This document shows positions 24,904 to 36,413 of a stretch of DNA of 46,937 nucleotides, piece by piece; positions within the stretch are counted from its first letter, which is position 1, and the number at the start of each line of letters is the position of its first letter. The DNA lies in contig LPNZ01011412.1 of NCBI GenBank assembly GCA_001655205.1, positions 1-46,937 on the forward strand. Reading direction: 5' to 3'. The DNA is from Lenisia limosa (lineage: Eukaryota; Protista; Breviatea). The position numbers were made by a program, and so were the translations under genes. A model generated the notes under the pieces. The model ran no database searches and had not been told where the DNA came from. It saw only the letters and a list, made by a program, of their open reading frames with translations.

Positions 24904-27900
24904 TCAATTCTGTGTTAAGATGAAGGAGTTCTTGAGACCAGTGTCCACAAACGTGACAGTTTCACCAGGAAGTTGTGCCAACTCAAAAACCTGCCAAAAA
25001 TGAGGAGGAAATATGAGCATCAGGAGAATCGAATTAGTACCTTCCCCACATACCACGTTTGGGATTCGAGAAGAATGGCAGCCAGCACCATAGAAAGTGG
25101 TGTAGCTGTCAATAGCAAAAACTTTCGAAGGGTCACAGTCTGCATTGTCAAGTCTTAAATTTCCAACAGCAATACTGCTAGGGTTCACTTCAATTCGAAA
25201 AAAACCGATAAAATATCGATAGTTTTCGAGGATTTATCGAGAAATTCAGCCCTAACTATGGCTCGTGATAATAACACAGTAAAGAAGAAACAAGAAGCCT
25301 CACATACCACCCCAGAAGGTGACTTGGTGATGTCGGTTCGAATTGACATTTTGAATACCCTTGCCAGCGGGACAGCCAAAGTTTGAGAGTGGAACTTCAT
25401 TTGGTGTACTCTTTAAAATAAAATTATAAGATGGTTTGAACAAAAATTCCAATGCTATGTACAGCCGCCTTGCTTACTGACGCTTGATTGATTCCAGAGG
25501 AGTTAGCATCTCCACAATGGTATACCTTTCCACTGTCTACAAATTTTAGAATGGTGTTTTGCAATTATCCTAAAACTGAATTGCTAAAAAAAACTAGTGA
25601 TAATGATTAATGCAGAATTGGACTTGAGAAACAAACTCATACCAGTGATGAAGAAACACGCCTCTCCTGTACACGCACCATCGACAACATGGCCATCAAG
25701 ATAGGTACTGCTACTTGTTGGCTGGAGAAGGTCAGTGATCAATCATGAGCATGAGTAATAAAAGCAAAGCAACTAACTTTGGTAAACTTGGTATCAGCAG
25801 ATAGAGGGAGACATCTTTGCTGACTCGGATTCCTTCCTTGGGTGTATACGTTTTTGGAATCTGAAAAGGTGGTGAGATATAGGTTTTGGCATGGCATTTG
25901 GTATCAAGGCAAGATCAGACAAACATGTACCTGTGATGGCAAGGACAGTGTAATCTCCTCCATGAACAAGGCGGAAAGGTTCAGGAATAGTGTTCGTATG
26001 ATACTGTCCCTGAACTGAAACATGAAACCAGGACAGGATTATATTGAAGCATGATCCATTTCATCCAGATTACTATTAGCTGAGAGAGAGCTTCCAAGAA
26101 CCTCAGGAGTACTCCCTCCACCAAATATGCGATTGTTATCTGAGAGCTGTGAGCTTTGTATTTTTTCAGTTTCAAAAAGGCAAGCACCAACTTGTGACCA
26201 CCAATGTGGTATAAGCAGCAATAATGAAGTCTCTAACTGTCTCACCACCGTCAAGGCCAATTATCTAGAGGTGAAAGTGTCCCAGAAATGTGGTAAAGAG
26301 GGTGGGGTTTGTGGGGGGAGGGGAGGTAACAGTAAAACTATCATCATATATTATGTAGTGTTAGAGTATAGTGCATAACAGTGATGTAACTACAGTCTGG
26401 TTCTAAACCCCCAGTAAATTACTATTAGAATTATTGAGAAAAACAATCATTTTAACTTAGTACAACTTTTTTGGAACCGAAGTGAAGTTTAAATTCCAAC
26501 AGTGCATACCTCTGAAGGGTTTACAATGTTATTCACATTTGTTCCTTGTAAGCAAGTGAACTGGGTGTTCTTACCCCACATGAACAAACGACCAGATGCT
26601 GGACAGTAAACGGAATTCATTTGCAATGAAAAGGAACCACACCCACAAGTTAGTAAACCAATGGAATAAAAACCATTGTTGATTTTTACAAAGGTCTCTC
26701 CAGCACCCAGAACAGGGGGTACGGTAACAGAGAGAGGCTCAATTTGCTTGGTCTGGTCTGCGAGCTGAAAATGTGAATGTCACAGTGTTGCTTCCTAAAA
26801 TGGTATTTTTTTTTCTAAAGAATATCCCTCCTCCTCCTCCCACATCTCTTCCCAAATCCTTGTACTTTGATGTTCCAGCACAGATAACATCATTATCAGC
26901 TTGATAGTCAAAACAAAGAAAAGATAGTTAACCAACAGGTGACGCCACAGAAGCCAAGGTAGAAAGCTGTTATCAGCTGAAACTTAATCCCAATGCGACC
27001 TGTCACCTGAAACAGTGATAAAAAAAAGAACCAACATCGAAGGTGGTATCAAAGACGTTATCGGTGTTTCCAGACATGAGACTGTAAGAATCTCCCGTGC
27101 CACAAGAGTGCAGACTGTCGCCTAAAGATAAACAACAACATCCAAAGAGGGCATACCAGAACTCGTACAGACCAAGTCAATCGCCCATGTTTTATCAGCT
27201 TGGCAGGTGGCAATGGGGGTTCCTCCTTCCACTGCTGACAATGCACAACCAATTTCACAAGTTTCTCCATATTCTGTAGTGCCTACACGCTTGATCAGTG
27301 AAATCATGAACACAACTAACCAGGACTACACGTGGTATTGTATTGTGCAGGGAAGGTGTTGTAACAAGTTACTACATCAATGAGTGTTGAAATAAGCAAA
27401 ACAGGAAAGGGAATCCTCAGACCAGGAACACATCTGACATCTTCTTCCCATCCAGTGTTATACGAACAAGTCAGTTTCTTTGTTGTCCACAAAAGCTCAG
27501 AGCCGGCCGGACAAGTGCCCTGAGATCAATTTAGAGATGGGCTTCAAAAGGAAGATGAGGTATCCACCATACCGTGACAGTAATATCGGCTTCTGTGCTG
27601 TTGGCTTTATAGATAATGTTCGAAAAGGTCATAGAAAGATCATTGGATGCGACAGAGGGTCCTCGACTGGTGCAGATAACAACTAGATAGTCAGTTCAAC
27701 TTTCTGAAAAACTAGTAATAAATTTTGTATCAAGTTTGCCAAAACCTGAGAATGAAGATTACCCTCCCACTTCCTTGGACTGCGTTAAGTTGTTCCTATA
27801 TCATCAGTGCTTAACAAGATTTACCACGCACAACATTACTACTCAATAACAGACGGACATACCAGAGAAACTGCATGGGTGAAGTCTGTTGCTGGTCTTA

Positions 27901-28156
27901 GATTGAACTGAACACCACCAGATTCATCAATAGTACTATGAGTGGTCATCGCAAAGGTGAACAGTTTTTCAAAAAGTCAAGCAATCAGTAAATTACATGA
28001 TTGAAAAAACGACCCAATGCAAACACAATCGATTACTCAGAAATTATTAAGTAAGAATAACTCGAATAAATCCCAACCAACAAACCTTACAGCTTGACAA
28101 AATAAGACGGATAAGCCAAGGAAGGCAGCAACCCGCCACAACACATGAAGTCCCAT
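24904..28156 (-). CDS. secreted protein with a Sushi/CCP-like module and RCC1/BLIP-II-like repeats
   Basis: Signal peptide MGLHVLWRVAAFLGLSVLFCQA|. Sushi-like YGETCEIGC...ATCQADKTW...C. RCC1-like segments GRLFMWGKNT, KNVYTQGRN and TVTFVDTGLKNSFILT. Assigned by eye. Confidence 0.55.
25179..25254. mobile_element. 76-bp deleted copy of the TAGGG MITE family (copy 3)
   Basis: TAGGG...CCCTA termini. Core AAAATATCGATA.TTTTCGAG.ATTTATCGAGAAATTCAG shared with 6545-6582. Lies in an intron. Confidence 0.75.
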
Positions 28157-28425
28157 AGGGATGTCAAGATTTAATCAATATTTTCAGATATTTCTCTTGC
28201 TTTCTGACTTTTTGCCGTTTTTTTTTTAGTTTTCGCTGGTAGAGTGGAGTAGTGGACAAAAGTAGTGGGAGGTGAGTTGGGTGAGGTTGGTAGGGGTTTG
28301 GGTTGGGGGGCAAGCGAGGGCTAGGGAAGGGGACACCTAATAGTATTCTGGGGAGTCAAATTGGTGGGTCTTAGAATATAATCCTCTTTTGTTTTTTTTC
28401 GTGCTCTTCTCTTTTTGATCCCAAA

Positions 28426-29063
28426 ATGAGTGACGCTCCTATTGACCAAACTGAACAGCTCGCTGATGAAGCACAGTTCCTCCCTCTTGGTACCTTCAAT
28501 ATTTTTTTCACTATTCCTAACTTTCTTTTAGAGCTTATTGATCTTTGCATTGGCTCTAAGATCCATGTTGTCATGAAGACAGAAAAAGAATTTGTTGGAA
28601 CCCTCAGAGGCTTTGATGACTTCGTTAGTATGCACTTGTTGAACTCTTCTCTCCTATTCTACGGCTGAAAATAATATAAAATTGTTCATTTGTAACAAAA
28701 GTGGCGGAAATACGACTGCACCTTCCCGCTAACTTCGTAGACATGGTGCTTGAAGACGTGAAAGAGATCGAGACTAGCGCGGACGGCCGTCGTGTTACCG
28801 ACCTCCAGTCCATCCTCCTCAATGGCAATCATGTTGCTTTCGTAAGGGGTGGTATAGAGGGAGTAGTTGGTTCTATAATTGCGGTACGAGTGTTTCAAGG
28901 AGGATTGGTTTACTGTTAAGCAAACAGAGTTTTTTAAAACATATATTATACCTAGTTAACCTCGGCATTCCTCTTACTTGTAAATTATTTTCTTTTTTTA
29001 CGAGTTTGGGATCGGTTTCCTTTACCACTCCAGATGATCCCCGGTGGTGAGGGCCCCCTCTGA
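28426..29063 (+). CDS. LSM5: U6 snRNA-associated Sm-like protein LSm5
   Basis: Four exons (28426-28489, 28531-28627, 28741-28841, 29034-29063) give ...[44 protein letters not shown]...[19 protein letters not shown]. Confidence 0.97.
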
Positions 29064-29166
29064 GGTGAAAATGTGTATTATTGTATTTCATCATGTATTT
29101 CTAGCTGATTTTAATCCAATTGTGGTATAGTATATTATACAACCTAGCCAAATAAGACCAGAGAAC

Positions 29167-32100
29167 TAATCGAAGATGTCAGAGAGACTGTTGTTCGAGG
29201 AGGCATCACTGAGAGTCACCGGGAGATACTGGAATATCAGATTAGTGACCTGGGGGTATTATTCTTTGAATATGTAGAAGAGGGAGCNNNNNNNNNNNNN
29301 NNNNNNNNNNNNNNNNNNNNNNNNNNNNNNNNNNNNNNNNNNNNNNNNNNNNNNNTCATATCATATAGTACATGTAGTATATGAATATCGGACCTTGTTT
29401 GCGTCAGTGGGAGTCGTGTCAGTCCTTCTTGTTCTCGGGAGGCTGCCCTGACCTGGGGAGGGGGTGACAGAAGGAGAAAAAGTGGCGGTAATACAGAGGT
29501 GCTTACTTGAGTATTTGGGAATGTTTGATGTTTCATCTAGAAAGTCATTGGATCCTAACAACACCAGCTTACCATCAGAAGAGAACGACAGCTCACTGAT
29601 TCCCTTTCGTGTTTCTATTAACCGATATCCACCTGGGGGGTTACAAGACATACACGTCTAAACCCACCACTTGATCTTTTGGTTGTTGGAGCAGCGTCAG
29701 AGGAAGACTCAGAAGAAACTGAAACGTCAGGGCAAAGACTAGGGCTGGGCTTACTGCTCAATGGGCCCGATCTTGACGGCTTCGCTATGCCGGCTCGGAC
29801 GGTGTCCTCATTAAATGAGTCGAAACCCGAGTTGACACTCTCAATACTGTTATCTACAAAAGATGAGTGCAGACAACCACACGCCGGATCTCTATGATCC
29901 TTGTTTCAGAGAGACTTTACTGCAAAAAAAGCCAAACTCGAAAGTGTCTGAGAAAGCGGCGAGAAAAGAGGCTGTTTGATGGATTCGGTTGACTCTTTTT
30001 GGTGACCCTGAGGTGTCAGAGAAATTAGCGAAATTGGGATATGCTCACAGTCCGTCTTCCAAATTGAGTGACAGGGAGCTTGCTGGCAGACTCGGGAGAC
30101 TCAGAATCAAAGACACTTTTCTGAGAAATTAAAATGTAAGGAGTACAGCAATGGACAGTACCTTTGTTGACAGCGGGACGAGACTTCGGATCTCGGGAGA
30201 AAGGGGCTTATTCTGCTCAATGAGACACTACCAGAAGAGACAAACCTTGGTTCCATTCTGTCTTGTTGAGCCTTTGGACCCTGCGCTCCACCATGAGCTG
30301 TTGCTTCCAGTTGAACGCTGACTTGAGTTGAGTTCTGGGGGGAGGAGGTGAAGAACACAAGCTCAAAGGACTTCTATCAACCCAAAATGGACGCATCATA
30401 CCATCATGATGCTGTGGGTTCTGACTGGTGAAGCTGTCATCTGGTCCAGTAAGCCCGGAAACGTCGGAAGCCCCATCGGAAGTGCCAAAGGAGGATCTCA
30501 CCTGGGGTACTGGGGCCTATAGTGTCAACAACGGATACAGATTCAACACCACCTGAACGGATTCGGAAAATTCAAGACTATTCTCGTCACCTGTTGATTC
30601 GAAATCATCCCCAGAAAACGACTAAAGAACGGTGATTTGCAATGGAGGCAACAAACCTCATCTTCGAAACTCTCAACTTCTTCAAACTCTTCTTCAGGCG
30701 GAGGCACGGCTGCATCAGAAACTATTGACGAAGCTGTGACGGTCAATCACAACATTTATTTGTGGGGGCAGGTAATTTTCCTTCTTAGGTTGCCCAACTG
30801 ACCGCCTCTCTTGTCAAAGCTCTCCTCAAGCTCATGCGCATCAATGTCAAGGCTGCTGTTGGAGGAGGCAGATTGTGGGGATCCAGCAAAGAAATCGTCA
30901 AACTGCATGACCGTCGGGCCACTCTACACCATCACAAGTAGAATGAGAATAGTTTGAGCTTATTACTCTGAGTTCAACTATTGGACACCACATCACCGCC
31001 TACCAGACCACTTGACATCGAGTCGGAAGACACATCGCCTGGCCTCGAGGAGGTCACTGACGTCATGCTCGCGTTTGAAGCCGATAACGCGTCCGCACTG
31101 ATCCTGCTGGCTGAAAGGTCCATGAGGGGTGACAACGGCGTGACCGGCGTGATTGGCCGGACCTCCTGTGTGCCAAACGAAATGCCGTGACGGGATGGTG
31201 TTGCTGGTCTGAACGGTTCATCCTAGAGAGTTAGGACGTTCCAACTTCCCTTCCTGATTACCAATTAGCTGAATTGCTCTTCCTCATTACCGGCAGTGGT
31301 TGCTCACCCACAAATATAGTTTATGATGGCCATAAGGAAAAATCAAGGACTGCTTCTTTATTGGGTTTAAGAATGCCGCAGACAAGGAAAGTGCTCTTTT
31401 TGGAAGAAGCAACTACTAAAAGGCTGAGTCGCTCAAGGTTTGATTGTCTGATCTCACAATCCTTTTTTACTTTTTCAGGAACAATCAACACAAAGGTCAT
31501 GCCTTTCGGTGTTTAAGCGCTTCGTGGACTCTCATTAATGGTGTCAACGTCAATGTGGTGGAGGACTGACGGATCTTATCGATCAAACGTTTTGTTTATA
31601 GCCAATATTGACAGACACGTGTTGGTTCTCCGCATTACCTTCCAACTCCCTCACAAAAGTTGGTTTTAACATTTTTGTAGCTTGCTTGAGTCAATTCATT
31701 TCGTGTACAAGTCTCCTAAAGAATATGGCAACCCTTGCCCGATGATTGTCTTTGACCCTTTCCGTGACGATACGTTAAAACGTGCAATTAAACCGAGCGA
31801 TTAAGGACTCCAATGAATTTTGGGGTTCACAGTCTCATTCTACCAGAGATGGTCTGGATTCAGATAAAAATGCTTTCTAACTTTGTTTCTTACTATTCAG
31901 TCTCCTACTGTCTTCCATGTTTTTTTGTGGATGAGTCCCCATGTACCTCAGTCAAAGTCGATGAAATTTGTGGGTGAGCAAATATTTTAAGCCCATTTTA
32001 GCTTTTGTGGGTGAGCAACCGCTCCCCTCCCTACCAATGGAGCATCGGAGAGGTTGATGGAGGCTTCTGAGGCCGGCACAGACTGCTGCCCTGACAGGTC

Positions 32101-35100
32101 AGATTCGACTGCCAGGTCAGAATTACGCCGAGCAAAATCAAAACCAGACAAGTCCAGCCAACCATTTGTGTCCTGTGGTGCTATAGAAGACTCGTTGAGA
32201 GATGTTTGCGAAAGGTCTCCTTCTTTTGACGGCTCCTAATAGGGATGAAAATAGGAAGTCAGACATACATGCATTTCATCTGATATCTTGCTCGGCTCTT
32301 TAACTCGGGGGGAAGTCGGAGGAGTCCGCACCTTTCGTTCTGGTTGATTGGCTTGGTTCTCCAAAGATATCTGTGCGGTTATTGCAGACGATGCTTCGAG
32401 CATTACCTTTAGTCTTTCTTTTACAGCCAGATCGCGACAGATCTCGGCATTTTCATTGGTTGTTACGAGGCCTCCCGTTCTGCTGTACCCCAAGTCACTG
32501 AGAATGACGTCCAAAAGCGCATATGCTGCACTGCGCCTCGATGATCTCATGAGTCAGACATAGTATACAAGGTGATGATCTCATGAGTCAGACATAGTAT
32601 ACAAGGTGATGGCCACGTGGAAACAGTTATTCCGCTCACCCGGGAGGCAAATTGAGGTACTCCAACGGATCTATTGCACCCTGCTCAGTTGGACGCTGTT
32701 CCTGGGTACTTGGGTGAGACGACAAGCCGGCACGGTTCATATCCTGCGCAAGCTTATCGAACTCCAAATCCACTGCAAGGCGGTTACAACTAAGTGCGGA
32801 ACTCAGGATTATGAGCAAATTAGGAAAATAACAACAAGCTGCACCTTCATACCAGCATCCACATGAGAAGGGAGAGCCCTGCCTTTTTCGTGGTAAAGAC
32901 CTGGGGTGTGGTAGACCCCATTTTGACGAGGGAATGGTCTGGGAGGCGACGGAGGGCGGACAACATCAGAATCCGGGACAATATTGGGGTTTCCTTAATG
33001 GATGAAAAGAAAGGTTTACATTTTTATTATCGATTTACATACTTGATGGGTGATAAGGATCCTCAACTCCTACACAAGAAGACAACGCAGCTCTGAGGGG
33101 TCACATGGAGGTATAAATTTTTATAATATGATATGCAATAATATACAAGTATAACGAATCCAGCCCCATTTTTGTGGTATTCTGACCTCATGTCATCCAA
33201 TGAAGAAGCTTGGGGAACCTGTTTTCTTGGAACAGCGTTGTAGAAGAGTGGTGAGCAGACTTCAACATTCCTTTGCGATGTTGGTGGCGGTCTGGGGTAT
33301 GTTAAAAGAGGGACCAGGCTCACTTGGTTGTGGGTATGGAGGCTCTGAGTGGAGGACGATTGGCATGAAGATACTCAGAGGGAACCGGCGTTATGACGTG
33401 GCGTAGTCCTGCTGACGGCCTATGCTGGGTTGCCAAGTCATCAGGTCCAGAGTTCCGGCTTCTGAACAAGTCACAATACAAGCTAAAAACAAAGTAAAAG
33501 GGAACAACATACATTTCGTCACTGTTTCTCTGCTGCAGGATATTGTAATCCGAGCCAGTAATGGGCTTTCGCGGAGCCACTTCAATTGGGGAATCAGGGC
33601 CGCGCGGCACCTTCATGGTAACACGTCATAAGGGTGGCCTACTTCACTATGCATTGGTCGATACAGCGCCGCGTCGCCTCGTGTTGGTGTCACCCTGGTA
33701 ATGCCCGGGGCAAGAATGTCATGGTAATCGCTTCGGTCCGGGTAGGCCACACTCTGTTGTCGCGAAACCTGTGTTACGTCAAATTAAGAGATGTCATGAC
33801 ATTTCAGCTTCATATCATTATACTGTATAATTTTGTGAGCTTAGCAGCCTCCCAATACCTGTGGCCGCATATACTCGGCTTGACTTGGGGAAAGAACATT
33901 ACCGTCTTCGTCAAGGGCACCTTTCTCAACCAAAAGAGCCCTTGTTGCTATGCGATTAACACTATTGGAGCATTGTTTATCTCAAAAGAAGTATCAGATA
34001 AAAGGCCCACCTGGTGGTAACCGGTCAATGAAATTCGGTGTGACAGGTGTGGTAAGCTTGGACGGTGGCGGGTGCGGACACACCTCCTCAGCCGACAAGG
34101 CCTGGAGAGGCACCTGGCTAGGTTGGCGCTGTTCCTGCGGCGCCAGATGTGTCATTTCCACGGAGGCTTGAGGGCCAAAGTGTTTCTAATTAATTAAATA
34201 CGGTACCATAGTTCTTTATTGTCGTGATTGAATTGGTGTAAGAGAAAAGTGTGTGCTGGATACTTCAAGATCCCCACAAGTTGGTAAAATTGTCATACCT
34301 GTGCAGATCTGAGATTTGGTGGAAGACTCCAATCGGATATGACCTGTTTACTAGGGAGAAAAGTAAGATGGTTTCATTGTCATTAGCAAAGGTAGCATAC
34401 CCGAGACTTGGGTCTGACGTTTCACCAAGATTAGTAAGTCGAATTGAGCAATCAACTGTACTGATTTTCTGTCCCTAAGATATCAGCACCATATTGTAAG
34501 GGGTTTGTGTGCACCAAGTTTTAAATGCTATTAGAAAGGAATTCCACCTACCATTAAAGGAAATAAGGTCAAAACATGACGCCAAACGAGTTCACCAAAA
34601 GCATCACTTGAAAGCCCTTCTTCAAGGGGATGGTCAGCGGGAATACCTGGAAGAAAGTCATTTAAACATTATACTATAATATACAATACACCATATATAG
34701 ATGAGATATGTCATATGTATGATATTTCTTTCTTGCTCTAACACACCTTCAGCATAGTTCAGTAACTTTCGAGCATCTAGGGAGCACGATGCAATAACGT
34801 CTTTCTAGGAGCATAATAAAATCCTGCGTTTCTAACATAGAGTTGCTGTGTAGTTCCACCTGGCCCACCCCATCCATCAGCAGACAAGTCAGTGGAACGG
34901 ATTTGGTCTGACTGGCAAGGGTTGCTGAAGCGTAATTTAGTTGGACAAATGATGATTTGTTCTTTTTGGGTGATTCATTTTGAGATATTCCTTGGAGTAG
35001 CACCTTTCTCACATTGATCAAAAAATTGTGAATGTCTCACTCCTGTTAAAGGAAACCACTAATAATTTCCTTGGAGTGTTTTCCCATCGCCTATTACTTT

Positions 35101-35290
35101 GACACACAACATACCCAGGTTATAATACAAGCTCATTGATACGACGTGTTACCAGCCTATTTGGCCACCCTACCTACCCGGTCGTGCCATAAAAGAACAC
35201 GCTTGACCAGAATTGAAAGTTACTGTCTCAGAAATACTGTCTGTGGCACCTTCAGGGGTAATCATTTCTGCAAAGTGAAAGAAGGGGAAA
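29167..35290 (-). CDS. very large Ser/Pro-rich multi-exon gene of unknown function
   Basis: Chain of spliced, low-complexity open exons, including an in-frame join ...SDAPL|DEPFRPATPSR across intron 31223-32034. Ends approximate; may be more than one gene. Confidence 0.55.
31294..32024. mobile_element. 731-bp TIR element in an intron, hAT-like terminus
   Basis: TIR CAGTGGTTGCTCACCCACAA versus GAGCGGTTGCTCACCCACAA (18/20), plus an extra internal copy of the motif at 31967-31981. No TSD recognisable. Confidence 0.65.
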
Positions 35291-36413
35291 CCACAAACGG
35301 TTAAAACCAGTAAAAATAAGGAGTGTAATTAAATACCAGATTGCTTCTATGCCTTCATTTAAAAGAACAATACCGTGAACACATCTAGAAACTATATAAT
35401 ATATAATACATTGCTTTCAAGATTGTTTGTTGGCAGAAGCGTTTGATGATGAATAAAAACAATTATCAACATTCAACAAGATATCTGAAAAAGAACCCTT
35501 AGAAAATAGGGAAATCATGAATCTGCACGGTAACAACAGGAAAAATCCTTTGATACCCATGAGAATTGAAGCTTTAATAATAAACCAGCATACCAACTGG
35601 GAAATTTTTAAATCTGAATGCCAGAATTGGTCGATCTTTTCGTTGCGCAACACCATTCGCATCTCGCACAAAGACGGAAAGAGTGTACCTAAAGATATTA
35701 ATATTATTTTTAAGATTATTTCTTGCACAGCGCAGCAGATTGCACGAGCCAGCGAAGGAGGGCAAGAAAACAGTTAAAATACTGAGAGACTTTGGGACAA
35801 ATTTCATACAGGCATAGTTTGTTTGATGAATTTATCACCGCAGGGTGGGATAAAATGAAGCTTTGATCCATGGTTACAGAGACAGTCTTGAAAAGAGGTC
35901 ACATAGTCACATATTTTGGATTCTATTGTGAAAAAAGTTAAATAAAAGCTTTGTTTGAACTATATAACCATATAACTAACACATCAAGTTTTCTTCCCAC
36001 AAAGGTGCCCCGACCTCCTTCCGGCTCGACCGCGTTGGTCCTAAAAGACCGACGCCTACCCCCTTCATTTCAGGTTGGACCGGGGAACACAAAAAGGAGC
36101 AGCAGCGCAGCCAGTTGTTTGTATGGTCGGTCTTGTGGGGGAGTAAGAGCGGAGAGTAATAATGAAGCATTGAAGCATTGAAGAAGTGTTGGTGTTGGTG
36201 GTGAGGCCATAACCTCTCAGCAAAATGTAGTTGGCGATATCCATTCACTAATAAATCATAATACAAATAAATAATACTCTTTTAAAAATGTCAACCACTC
36301 TCTTCCGTCCATCACCACATGACCATCCGTCATATTTGTCATCGTATTCAGATCGTATTTGTTTATTATTTCGAAAACATCAAGAAAACATTGAATACAT
36401 CCTCTGAACTAAA

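Noticed and set aside
35400-36200. Transposase or integrase fragment
   Set aside because: Short exon-like pieces exist, but no DDE motif, TIR or TSD could be supported.
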